The position numbers and the translations under genes are program-made. 64,000 nucleotides of DNA from Promethearchaeia archaeon (GTDB lineage Archaea; Asgardarchaeota; Lokiarchaeia; Sigyniarchaeales; SOKP01), in the NCBI GenBank assembly GCA_046483985.1, contig JAWOCD010000011.1, positions 1 through 64,000 on the forward strand, written 5' to 3'. This document shows, in pieces, positions 49,477 through 59,286 of the stretch (positions within the stretch are counted from its first letter, which is position 1; every line of letters begins with the position of its first letter). The notes below the pieces were generated by a model. That model saw only the letters and a program-made list of their open reading frames with translations. It had not been told where the DNA came from and made no database searches.

Positions 49477-49755
49477 GTGGTTTTATTGGAATCAGTTGAG
49501 GTTGAAAAGAAAAAAATTTTAGATGCTCGCAGGAATTTTGAAAATGTCAAGCGTGCAATAAAAGGTATATATGAAATCCTTTCAATCAATTTGTCTGAAG
49601 AAAATATGTATTACAAAATGAGTATCGATAATATCATTGGACTTTATCAGAATTTACTAGAACTCTTAACTAATGAACAAGGTATGAAGGATTTACGAGA
49701 ACGAATTAAAAATTCAGAAATTGATATTGACATCCCAATGGATATTTTCATTTAA
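49477..49755 (+). CDS. Small helical hypothetical protein
   Basis: 92-aa ORF with protein-like amphipathic composition in an otherwise gene-free interval. Confidence 0.65.
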   Translation: MVLLESVEVEKKKILDARRNFENVKRAIKGIYEILSINLSEENMYYKMSIDNIIGLYQNLLELLTNEQGMKDLRERIKNSEIDIDIPMDIFI

Positions 49756-50020
49756 TGAATAAAATAATCAAGCAAAATTTGTATTACTTCTTTAGAGGTT
49801 GTCAAAGTTTGTCCAGAGTTATATTTACTAGTTACTACAGTTCTTTAATCTATTTTTAATCTATTTTTAATTCTCCAAAAATAATGTTTCAAATTTCCAA
49901 TCCTCAAAATATAAAGTCCATAATTAAAAAATTTCATTTCTAACGAAAAGAGACTAAGTGTTATATTTTTTGTAAGAAAATAAAATCATCTCTTTTCATT
50001 CGTTCTTTAAAAAGTTAAAC

Positions 50021-50154
50021 TCATCTATTTGCACCATTATTATAGCAAGAAATTTAGGGAACCCTTTAAGCGGCAATAATCTCCCTAAGAAAGAGCCTCT
50101 ACTGAGTCGGTAGGAGTCACAATTTTCGAGGGAGATCGAATGGTTTTTAGATGA
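50021..50154 (+). ncRNA. Candidate structured intergenic RNA
   Basis: Nested pairings tcatcta/tagatga, accatt/aatggt, atctccct/agggagat, ctactg/cggtag, aggg/ccct. Confidence 0.35.
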
Positions 50155-50224
50155 AGGATTTACAGTTTGATCATACAAAAAATATAACATTAAGTCCGAA
50201 AAGAAAAAAAAGAGTAAATTTTAT

Positions 50225-50959
50225 TTATTCTTTGGGCAAGAATAAGTCCTTGATTCCGGGGGGCAAAATGAATCCGATATAAAATAACAATGCGCTTGAG
50301 ACCAAAAGTAATCGAGTTATCGGTAATGTAAAGAAGGTTAGCTCAATCGAGGAATCTAAAATTGCTCCTGTACACCACGTTAAGAAAGCAACCAATAAAA
50401 ACCTCCCCTTTATTTTAACTTCCCTCTGATTAGACTTTAAAGAGTTTCGGGCAAACACTATTCCCGTAATTAACAAATTTAAGACAATGAATAGCAAGTA
50501 AATCATGACAAAGGACTTATACTCGATATCAATTCCTGAAGTAGGATTTGAAAATTCGCCTATGAGCTTTGGATCTTCAAATAGAAGATTAAAGAATATG
50601 ATCTCGAACGCAATTCCAATAATGATGTAGATTCCAATTATAATCGCTTGGTGTTTTTTATAGATGAGATCTGTAAATGCAATCATCCACGCAACTAAAC
50701 TTACCGGCGTTAATACATTACCGATAATCACATAGAGGTCCAAGCCTAACGGGGTATTAAATATCAAATTCGAGAGAAAACTTAATGTACTGGGTATCCA
50801 CGGTTCGCTGATACCGATCCAAGTAATACCCACAAAAAGAAAAGATCGTTGTCTATACTTAAAATACTTAGATAATATTTTCAAGCCCACCAGAAAGCTC
50901 ACAATTACAAATGCTAAAGAAGAAAATCCATTTAAATAATCTACTGCCTCTAATACCAT
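50225..50959 (-). CDS. Standalone seven-transmembrane membrane protein
   Basis: About seven hydrophobic segments; same size and layout as 12752-13465. Confidence 0.7.
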   Translation of the reverse strand: MVLEAVDYLNGFSSLAFVIVSFLVGLKILSKYFKYRQRSFLFVGITWIGISEPWIPSTLSFLSNLIFNTPLGLDLYVIIGNVLTPVSLVAWMIAFTDLIYKKHQAIIIGIYIIIGIAFEIIFFNLLFEDPKLIGEFSNPTSGIDIEYKSFVMIYLLFIVLNLLITGIVFARNSLKSNQREVKIKGRFLLVAFLTWCTGAILDSSIELTFFTLPITRLLLVSSALLFYIGFILPPGIKDLFLPKE

Positions 50960-51190
50960 TTTAATTCTATCTCTATTTTTTTGATTTTTTTAGCCAATGT
51001 TGGCCTTAGATTGTAATAGAAAATAAATTCCCAATTTATTATTATAGTTATTTTTATATATAAGCTTTTTTGATTTCAGTAATTTTTTGAGTTTTCTTTT
51101 CGAAAATGGAAAATTGTAAGCATGTTTAAATCCAAGTTAAAATTAAAAATGGAGACTTTTTTACAGATTAATAATTTTCCATAATCACAT

Positions 51191-51916
51191 ATGGTTAACA
51201 GAATTGAAACACAAATTATAAACCTATATGAGTATGCTAAAAATTTAGTACAGAATAGCGGATATCGCGAATATATTCATACCTTAACAGAATTATTAGA
51301 AAAAAAGCCGTATAAAACCATAGATAGTTCAAAATTCTTAAGAGAATATACCTGGGTTGTTTTCTCGTGCGGATTTAAGGCTGACACAGTGAGAAAATAT
51401 TGGTCTGAAATTCAGAAAATGCTTTTTAATTTTAACGTAAAAAAAATCAGGAAGTTAACTTTTGAGGAAATGCTAAATAAGTGCCCCATAAAAAATGAAC
51501 GGAAAGTAACCGCGATTTATAAAACATGTAGAGATTTAGATAAACAATTCTTAGCAAAAATTGCCCACTTAGATTCGGAGAAAGAGGCAAAAGAACTATT
51601 TAAATCATTACCATTCATTGGAGATATCACAGTTTTTCATATTATGCGCAATTTAGGAATAGACTGCTATAAACCCGATCGTCATATTAAAAATTTGGCT
51701 AAAACATTAGGAATTGAAGAGAAGAAAATATTCAACATATTATTATCTAAGAAAAAAGTCAAATATGTCGGAATTGCGGATTTTATTCTTTGGAGAGCCT
51801 CAGCATGTCTCAATTCCGCCCAAAAATTAGTTGAATATGCACAAAAAGATTTAGATCTTGAGAAAATCGATAATGTGGTACAAGCTGAGGAGGAAGTTAA
51901 TTCGTTTCTTTTTTAG
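51191..51916 (+). CDS. HhH-superfamily DNA glycosylase-like protein
   Basis: REYTWVVFSCGF, SLPFIGDITVFH (HhH), KPDRH. Confidence 0.65.
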   Translation: MVNRIETQIINLYEYAKNLVQNSGYREYIHTLTELLEKKPYKTIDSSKFLREYTWVVFSCGFKADTVRKYWSEIQKMLFNFNVKKIRKLTFEEMLNKCPIKNERKVTAIYKTCRDLDKQFLAKIAHLDSEKEAKELFKSLPFIGDITVFHIMRNLGIDCYKPDRHIKNLAKTLGIEEKKIFNILLSKKKVKYVGIADFILWRASACLNSAQKLVEYAQKDLDLEKIDNVVQAEEEVNSFLF

Positions 51917-52162
51917 TTGGAATAAGAGAATCCGTTTCGGCCGATATCCTAAATAAAAAAAAGATATCTATAATTTTGTATACAAGCCAGCAGTTTTCTT
52001 ACCCCTTTTACTAAAATCTTCTTTATTTCATGAGAAAACTATGAAATTAATCCCTTTTTTGTAATCATAACACGAAATGAGTATTAAATTACTTTAGTTT
52101 ATATAGGTAAAATCATATCTAAATATTGAGAATTGTGAAAATATCTGGAGGTATATATTATA

Positions 52163-52492
52163 ATGATGGAAAATAATGACTCTGAACTCGAATGTTATCT
52201 TAAAATCATCAGATATTTCCAAGAGCGGGAAAATAAAGAAAAAACCGAAATTTGGAAAAGTTCTACGTTAATTCATCTTATGGAAAAGCTCAAGGAAATT
52301 GAAGATGAAGGGATCGAAAAGAAAAGAAATGTCATTAAAAATTCCTTAATCTTATTAATGTCCTTATTCGAAAATATTCCTCCAGATGTCTACAACAATA
52401 GGGGAGTACATATTAATCGGCTTTCTGAGGAAGATAAAGAACCCTTAAAGAACACACTTAAAGAAGAAGTGCTAATTGAAGCTAATTCCTAA
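52163..52492 (+). CDS. Small helical hypothetical protein
   Basis: 109-aa ORF with GGAGG upstream. Confidence 0.65.
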   Translation: MMENNDSELECYLKIIRYFQERENKEKTEIWKSSTLIHLMEKLKEIEDEGIEKKRNVIKNSLILLMSLFENIPPDVYNNRGVHINRLSEEDKEPLKNTLKEEVLIEANS

Positions 52493-52792
52493 GAATTTCT
52501 AAAGTTGCGATTTAACAGTTCCCTCTCTGCTTTTATATTATATTAAATATTCCTTTAAGAAAATAGATCTATAATTAGTTAAGTGGTACTGTTACAATAT
52601 CATAAAATTTAAATGGGATCTTATTAAAATCCTCTAAGTAATCGTAAAATTTAAAAATATATTAAGTGAGCTCGGAGATAATGAAAATATATTCCTAAAT
52701 TTTTTATATTCTTCACCATTTATAGATTTAAAAAATTTTTATTTATCTATTTAACTTTAAAACTTGAAAATTACAAATGATTTTGATGAATT

Positions 52793-55060
52793 ATGTTTTA
52801 TCAATTACCTAGTATTCAAGCACTCAGAGATTCGCTCACCCCAATTGGAGATAATTTGATCTTTTTTATCTGTTTATTTGTCTTGATTCCGATCACGATT
52901 GCTTGCTCTTTTATTGCGCTTTTTCTTATTTTTCGAAAAATTAATTCCTTAGAAGAAAAAACTAAACGGATGCGAGAAATATCAGGGTATATCAGGCACG
53001 GAGCACGTATATATTTAAAAAGGCAAGGAAGAATGCTTCTAATTATATCCGCTGTGCTTTTTATTCCGGTCGGTATAACAGGAATAGGATATTTAGGAAT
53101 TCCATTATTGAGTTTACTGATAACGGGCTTAGTCTTTATTATAGGAGCCCTAAGTTCTATGCTTGCCGGATATATCGGGATGATGTCGGCAACAAAGGCA
53201 AATATATTAGTCCTTGAGGCCACTATTGATGACCCGAATGAAGGTTTTAAACTAGCATATTATGGAGGGATGGTAACTGGGATATTAAACATTTCTCTTT
53301 TTGTCGTTGGTATTTGGTTGATATTTTTATTCACCAATGCAAATATCTATCTTATAATTGGTTTTGGGTTCGGAGCAAGTGTATGTGCGCTTTTATCTCA
53401 AGTTGGCGGAGGAATCTACACGAAATCAGCTGATATGGGAGCCGATCTTGTAGGGAAATACGAGTATAATATTAAGGAAGATGACCCGCGTAATCCTGCG
53501 GCAATTGCCGATTTAGTTGGCGATAATGTCGGAGATTGCGCTGGACGTGGTGCGGATTTATTTGAAAGTGCCTCTTCTGATGTTGTAGGAGGGATGGTGC
53601 TGGGACTCACCTTATTTTTGTTCTTGGGAGATCCCATTTTTATCATTACGAACATCACTTTAATCTCGTTAGGGGTGTTTTCCTTATTCTTTACGACATT
53701 GTTTCTAAAAATCGATTTTGAAAATACGGCACGAAGCATTTGGAAGGTCTTTATTTCTGCAACTCTAATGAACGGAGTGATTCTTTTAACACTCAATCTA
53801 TTGCTTTTTGGTTCAGAGGGGATCTATTTATTTTTCGCGTGTTTTACGGGTTTAATGGCTGTCTTTGTCACGATCATTTTGACAGTCTATTATACAAGCA
53901 TTGAATATGAACCAACTAAGAGAGTATCACGAAGTTGTAAAGATAGCCCTTCTTTAAATATTATTGCTGGGCTTTCTGCTGGATTTGGCTCCACCTTTGG
54001 TCCTATTATTGTATTTATAGTTGGAATTGTAGGAGCATACTTTTTTGGAGCTCTTTTTGGAGAAGAGATGTTAGCTACTTTAGGTTCAAACCCCACTAAT
54101 ATTTTCGGACAGGAAATCAAACCAGAATTAATTATAATCACCTTCGGAATCTGGGGAATCAATATGGCTTCTGCGTCCAGTGATGTAATTATCAGTACAA
54201 TCTTAAGTTTTGATACATTCGGTCCCATCCTTGATAATGCGGCAGGGATTGCGCAAATGGGGAAAGAAATAGATCATACCCCTGAGGATTTACGAGTAAA
54301 CTTAGATAGACTTGATGCGGTAGGAAATACCACTAAAGCTGTTGCTAAGGGTTTTGCGTTAGTATGTGGTGGTTTTTCCAGTATTGTGATGTTTTTGACC
54401 TTTCTAACCTCTACTTCGACCTTAGCTCCTGATGTGTCAACCTTAATTCCCACGGAGGAACTAGTAAATATTTTTGACTATTTAGTCCTTCATAACCCCT
54501 TAATTATTGGAGGGTTGTTTGTGGGCGTGTCTATACCGGTAATTTTTTCTGCTTTAATTTTAAATGCGGTCCAAAAAGGTGCAAAGGATATGGTCGCTGA
54601 AGTGCGATTCCAGTTTGAAAATGTAGATGGATTGATAGACGGAGATACGGATCCCAATTATGATAAAGGTATTGAGCTTGCTGCGAAGAATGCATTGAAA
54701 TATATGATAAAACCGGTATTTGTCGTTGTCCTAATAGTTATCATTGTGGGAATTTTGTTTGGACCAATGGTGGTTGGGGGACTTTTGATTGGAAATCTAG
54801 TTGGTTGCTTGATATTCGGAATTTTCATGAGTGTAAGTGGTGCTGCCTACGATAATGCGAAGAAAGGGATCGAAGATGGATTACACGGGGGAAAACAAAG
54901 TGCTGCTCATAAAGCTGCAATTATTGGAGATACGGTCGGCGACCCCTTAAAAGATGCTGCGGGACCTAGTATGAATATTATTATTACAACGATCAACACG
55001 CTTGCGATGACGTTCTTACCCATATTCATAATGACTGGTTTTCTCTGGGGAATTATCTAA
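52793..55060 (+). CDS. hppA: Membrane-bound ion-translocating pyrophosphatase, K+-independent type
   Basis: GGGIYTKSADMGADLVGK, EDDPRN, GDNVGD, DAVGNTTKA, GDTVGDPLKD. Confidence 0.95.
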   Translation: MFYQLPSIQALRDSLTPIGDNLIFFICLFVLIPITIACSFIALFLIFRKINSLEEKTKRMREISGYIRHGARIYLKRQGRMLLIISAVLFIPVGITGIGYLGIPLLSLLITGLVFIIGALSSMLAGYIGMMSATKANILVLEATIDDPNEGFKLAYYGGMVTGILNISLFVVGIWLIFLFTNANIYLIIGFGFGASVCALLSQVGGGIYTKSADMGADLVGKYEYNIKEDDPRNPAAIADLVGDNVGDCAGRGADLFESASSDVVGGMVLGLTLFLFLGDPIFIITNITLISLGVFSLFFTTLFLKIDFENTARSIWKVFISATLMNGVILLTLNLLLFGSEGIYLFFACFTGLMAVFVTIILTVYYTSIEYEPTKRVSRSCKDSPSLNIIAGLSAGFGSTFGPIIVFIVGIVGAYFFGALFGEEMLATLGSNPTNIFGQEIKPELIIITFGIWGINMASASSDVIISTILSFDTFGPILDNAAGIAQMGKEIDHTPEDLRVNLDRLDAVGNTTKAVAKGFALVCGGFSSIVMFLTFLTSTSTLAPDVSTLIPTEELVNIFDYLVLHNPLIIGGLFVGVSIPVIFSALILNAVQKGAKDMVAEVRFQFENVDGLIDGDTDPNYDKGIELAAKNALKYMIKPVFVVVLIVIIVGILFGPMVVGGLLIGNLVGCLIFGIFMSVSGAAYDNAKKGIEDGLHGGKQSAAHKAAIIGDTVGDPLKDAAGPSMNIIITTINTLAMTFLPIFIMTGFLWGII

Positions 55061-55355
55061 AAAACTTTTTTCATTAATCTTTATCTTTTTTATTTAAAAT
55101 TTGCTTTTTTTTCTAGGGAAACGTGGGATTTGAATGTTACTTTATTATTCAAATTAAATAGGATCGTGAAATTGTTCATGAAGATAATACGGATCTCATT
55201 ATCGAGGATTTAAGTCGTTTATTTCTAAAAAAATTATTATTCCTTATAATGAGAAAAAAATGATACAAATTAGGACACGGCAAAGAAAGATATAAATTAA
55301 ATGTAAAAAGAAAATTCAAAAATTATTATTCATTTTTATTTATTAGAGTAGTTCT

Positions 55356-55982
55356 ATGTCCGAAAAACGAAAAAAAGGACTTCGTTTTCAGTGCGTTCGC
55401 TGTGGAAATTGTTGTACTGACAAAGATACTTTAGTAAATGTGACATTTCATGATATATTGCGCTTGAAAAAAGGGCTAGATCTTACATTGGACGAGATCT
55501 TGGAAATTCTAGGATTTTATATGTTTGATAATCCCCCATCCCAAGACCAGATCGATAAAATGGTTGTTCCCCCTATAAAAACGGAGAGGGGTTTGGCCTT
55601 TGTGGGATTGAGAAAGAACCCCTCCGGTCAGTGTTTTTTTTATAACAATGAGGAAGAGAAATGCATGATCTATAGGATCAGACCAATGTTTTGCCGTACT
55701 TTCCCTTTTTCTTTTAAAATCCTCTTTAATAAAAAAGATAAACGGAAAGGAAAAATCAAGATGTACCGCACGGAAAAAGCAAAACGATATTGTAAAGGAA
55801 TAGGAGATGAGATGCCGAAAATCGATGAGGAAGCGTGGATACAACTGGGCAAGACCACCATCGAACAAATGAACGAAAATAATATCTTAACGGAAAAATG
55901 GAACGATAATGTGGAAAAAGGGGTAGTGGTACCCACCGCAAGAAATTATCTTCTAACCGTCTTTAACATTGAAAAAAATTAA
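55356..55982 (+). CDS. YkgJ-family (CxxCxxCC) Fe-S/zinc cluster protein
   Basis: FQCVRCGNCC, CFFY...CMIYRIRPMFCRTFPF. Confidence 0.88.
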   Translation: MSEKRKKGLRFQCVRCGNCCTDKDTLVNVTFHDILRLKKGLDLTLDEILEILGFYMFDNPPSQDQIDKMVVPPIKTERGLAFVGLRKNPSGQCFFYNNEEEKCMIYRIRPMFCRTFPFSFKILFNKKDKRKGKIKMYRTEKAKRYCKGIGDEMPKIDEEAWIQLGKTTIEQMNENNILTEKWNDNVEKGVVVPTARNYLLTVFNIEKN

Positions 55983-56014
55983 TGTACGTACGAATCTGTT
56001 TTCTTGTTATTTAT

Positions 56015-57880
56015 TTAATAGCATGTAATTAATGCCCAGTATAACATACGCAATTCTACCTTATAAGCATATTTATCTGTTTTCCAGTTAAAATCTTCAT
56101 TTAAATTTTCTTGGCTAAAATAATTTGCCTTATTGGCTATATATTCACGGAGATTTTGGACGAGTTTAAACTCTTTTTGTGAAAGATCCAATAATTTTAG
56201 TGCAAGAAAGGAGCGTGCGGCGTCAGTAATAGTCGTGTCTATCTTTTTTTCAGAATTTAAGACTGCTTTTTTTAACTCATTCGTATATAAGCCCCTGTAA
56301 TGACTTAAATCCGTAGAGGGATCTAACAATCTAATAAGAGCAATTTTTTCGAAAATATCTAAGGGGGGATCGTATTTCTCAAATTCCCTCACTTTCAAAT
56401 TTAAAAGAGGATTTAGTAAATTAGTTTTGGGTGTGATGACAGAGCCATTCTTTTCCAAGATTTTCAAGCCGAGTAACGTATAAAAATTGAGATGTAACTT
56501 TTCCGGAATAAATTTGGATAATTCTCCTTCAAGAAACATCTCTATGTCAAGAAGGTCTATGATAGAAGTGGTATTCAGCAAGTCGTATTCAGAAAGGATA
56601 GACAGTCCATAAAAAACTGAAACGGGATCGGCTGCACCCTCTTGCTGGGATATAAATAATCCATTTTGTGTGTACTTATCAAGTAGAGAGATTATCTTCT
56701 CCTCGGTAAAGGGCAGATCTACATTCATCATTTTTAAGATCGATACATAATAATAAAGGTTTTCCAGATCTAAAAAGGAGGAATCGTTATCTCGCGAGGT
56801 TATTAGATTAAGTCGATTAATTGTCAGTTCTCCCAACGAGTCTGATTTTACTTCCGGAAATTCTCCAAAATGATCCAAAAAATATCCAGATTTTTTAATA
56901 AGCATTGCCTTGGTATCCAATGACTCGCTTATCTCTTCTATGCTCTTCGAAATAGGGGGTTCGGATTGCTCTACCAGTTCCGACTCGGTGCTCTCTTCAA
57001 CTTGGGTTGGCTCTTGCTGCGATGGAGCGGGTCCCTCTTCGATTCCGGGTTCTTGTTTCGAAACTGAAACATCTAGAGTTGATTCAACAACTTCTGGGGT
57101 TGGTTCCATCTTTTCTCTCGCTTTAACGGGCTCGACTGCTTCTGGAGCTCTTTCTTTCGTGGATGACTTTATGGATGCTTTTAACGCTTCGATATTTGTT
57201 TCCTTTGCTAATCGAAGTTTTTCTAGGATTTCCCCTTCGTCTGCTTTTGATGTCGAGGGTGCTGCTTCTTGAGAGTCTGCAGTTTCTTTCTCTTTCTCTT
57301 CTTCAATTACAAATTCCTCATTTAGAGTTAAGGTGGACGGATCGAGATAGTCTCCCAGGTTAGTTCGCTCTTGGTTTATCAAATCTTTCAATTTAGAGGA
57401 GGTAATAAATTGATCTTTAACTTGGTCTAATTTCGAAATAAAATTACGGGGTAACAAGTCAAATAAATCGAGATTCTCAATATTCGAGGGGTCACGATCG
57501 ATTAAATACTCTATCAAAAGTTCCAATAAAAGCGGATCTATATGGGATTTCAAATCCTTTACAAAATAAGATTCATAATCGGGATATCCTTCTTTTTTGT
57601 CATCAAGATCCGTAAAATCCTCAAAATACTCTTCTAACTGATTTATCCGGTCTTTCGAAACACCAATTGTATTAAGGGCAACTCTCAAACTTTTCGTCAT
57701 TTTTTTTAATGTATCTCTTACCTTCTTTACGCTTTCATAATTCGTTTTAAATTTTAGATCAATTTGCTTATCAGCGAATAAATCCTTGATGTAATCATAG
57801 CATCTATCATAATATTCAAGGATATCTTCTTTTAGCATTTTTGAGAACCGGGCAAGAATTTTACCGACTTCTTCTTCCAT
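56015..57880 (-). CDS. Hypothetical protein with acidic disordered linker and helical C-terminal domain (prenyltransferase-repeat-like?)
   Basis: 621-aa ORF; C-terminal helices such as NGLF....DPVSVFYGLSIL and NFYTLLGLKIL. Confidence 0.6.
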   Translation of the reverse strand: MEEEVGKILARFSKMLKEDILEYYDRCYDYIKDLFADKQIDLKFKTNYESVKKVRDTLKKMTKSLRVALNTIGVSKDRINQLEEYFEDFTDLDDKKEGYPDYESYFVKDLKSHIDPLLLELLIEYLIDRDPSNIENLDLFDLLPRNFISKLDQVKDQFITSSKLKDLINQERTNLGDYLDPSTLTLNEEFVIEEEKEKETADSQEAAPSTSKADEGEILEKLRLAKETNIEALKASIKSSTKERAPEAVEPVKAREKMEPTPEVVESTLDVSVSKQEPGIEEGPAPSQQEPTQVEESTESELVEQSEPPISKSIEEISESLDTKAMLIKKSGYFLDHFGEFPEVKSDSLGELTINRLNLITSRDNDSSFLDLENLYYYVSILKMMNVDLPFTEEKIISLLDKYTQNGLFISQQEGAADPVSVFYGLSILSEYDLLNTTSIIDLLDIEMFLEGELSKFIPEKLHLNFYTLLGLKILEKNGSVITPKTNLLNPLLNLKVREFEKYDPPLDIFEKIALIRLLDPSTDLSHYRGLYTNELKKAVLNSEKKIDTTITDAARSFLALKLLDLSQKEFKLVQNLREYIANKANYFSQENLNEDFNWKTDKYAYKVELRMLYWALITCY

Positions 57881-58028
57881 TTTTCAAGATCCCACGATAA
57901 ATTAAATACTAATGATCTTATATTTTTAATTCTATAAATATTTTTAATCAATAGTATGAGAAATGTAACATTATTCCCCTCTCTAAAATTAAATTGGAAA
58001 AAGTCTTTAAACGGAAAAAAAATTCATC

Positions 58029-58766
58029 ATGACCGAAAAAGAACGAGTTTATTATAATTTTTTTGCACATGATTATCATCTTAAAAGAAAACAGCCGTGG
58101 AGGGCATTTTTGGACTTTATCGAAAAATATGTCGGAAAAGATCTATTTAGATCAATAACTACAGGGATTTCGGTAGATTTAGGGTGTGCAAATGGGAGAC
58201 ATTTTGAGGTAATAAATTCAAAACATAACCATTTAATCGGAATTGACAATTCGATTGAATTCCTCACCATAGCCAGAAAGACCCAATTGGAAGATAATTT
58301 TAAAACAATACATTTATGCTGTGCGGATATCAATTATTTACCTCTACGGACCGCTTCTGTGGATAACTTCATTTCTATTGCAACATTACATCATATCTCC
58401 TCGGAGAAGAATCGGAAACGCGTTATGGAAATCATTTTTAAGAGTTTAAAAAAGGAGGGATACTTACTCTTTTCAGTCTGGAGACGATGGCAAAAAAAGT
58501 TTTTCTCACATTTCCTTTTGGATAAAATAAAACGGCTTTTCTTGCCAAAATATCGGATTTGTCAAGAAAAGTTAGGCTTAAAAGAATTCGGCGATAAACT
58601 GGTTCCTTGGACGGTATCTCAAACAAATAAGACCTATTATCGATTTTATCATCTTTTTTCTAAGCGAGAAGCTAAGCATCTTTGCGAGGATTTTGAGATT
58701 GTTAAGTTTGAAGCTATAGGAGGTCCTACTCACAGAGATAATTTTTTTATTCTTTGTCAGAAATAG
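58029..58766 (+). CDS. Class I SAM methyltransferase, Trm9/ALKBH8-like tRNA wobble-U methyltransferase
   Basis: DLGCANGRH, ISIATLHHI, FSVW, VPW...YYRFYHLF..E. Confidence 0.75.
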   Translation: MTEKERVYYNFFAHDYHLKRKQPWRAFLDFIEKYVGKDLFRSITTGISVDLGCANGRHFEVINSKHNHLIGIDNSIEFLTIARKTQLEDNFKTIHLCCADINYLPLRTASVDNFISIATLHHISSEKNRKRVMEIIFKSLKKEGYLLFSVWRRWQKKFFSHFLLDKIKRLFLPKYRICQEKLGLKEFGDKLVPWTVSQTNKTYYRFYHLFSKREAKHLCEDFEIVKFEAIGGPTHRDNFFILCQK

Positions 58767-58806
58767 TTAGAATGAGCCAGTTTTTTTCTTATTTTACTCA
58801 TTAAAG

Positions 58807-58964
58807 AATAAAAAGGGTGGAAGTTCCGTGCATCCATGAGCCCAGAAGATATTGGGGCTCTCGAACGGAATAGGGTAAGCAGGGCAAAATCAAAATTACG
58901 CTATATCGCGTAATCACCAAAAGACAAAAATCCAGGGTGATGCACGAACCTTCCATTTTTTATT
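58807..58964 (+). ncRNA. Candidate structured intergenic RNA
   Basis: Closing stem tggaag..cgtgcatc / gatgcacg..cttcca with inner hairpins gagccc/gggctc and attacgc/gcgtaat. Confidence 0.45.
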
Positions 58965-59073
58965 GGTACTTGATATTTGTATTTCATCTTCTGTTCTACT
59001 AAATAAATAAGTAAGAAGATTAATAAATACAATAGCTTATCATTTGAGGCCGTACATTTAGTAAACATCTATA

Positions 59074-59087
59074 TGACATATATGTCA
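59074..59087. promoter_or_regulatory. Perfect 14-bp palindrome tgacatatatgtca, possible operator
   Basis: Self-complementary; about 200 bp upstream of the NERD-helicase start. Confidence 0.35.
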
Positions 59088-59286
59088 GTTTATTTACAAA
59101 CTCTTGAAAGAATGTTTTAGATAAAAGGTTCTTAGAAACATAGCGTCTCTTTCTAAAAATTGATAGAATTCCCCTCTGGATTGAAAATTAGCAAAGATTT
59201 CATATGTTTTGCAAAAAAAGTATTAATAGCAGAATGTATCATACTTTATGTAAGAATCAAAAAAGTATCTTTTAAGGTAAGGTCAT

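Noticed and set aside
49844-49871. Short tandem repeat tttaatctatt (about 2.5 copies); similar AT runs near 4345-4370 and aatcagtaa copies near 37065-37135
   Set aside because: Low-complexity AT-rich sequence with no supporting context.
58807-58964. Structured element as tRNA-Sec, SRP RNA or RNase P RNA
   Set aside because: No cloverleaf with a UCA anticodon or T-loop, no SRP helix-8 motif, and no RNase P P4 consensus visible.
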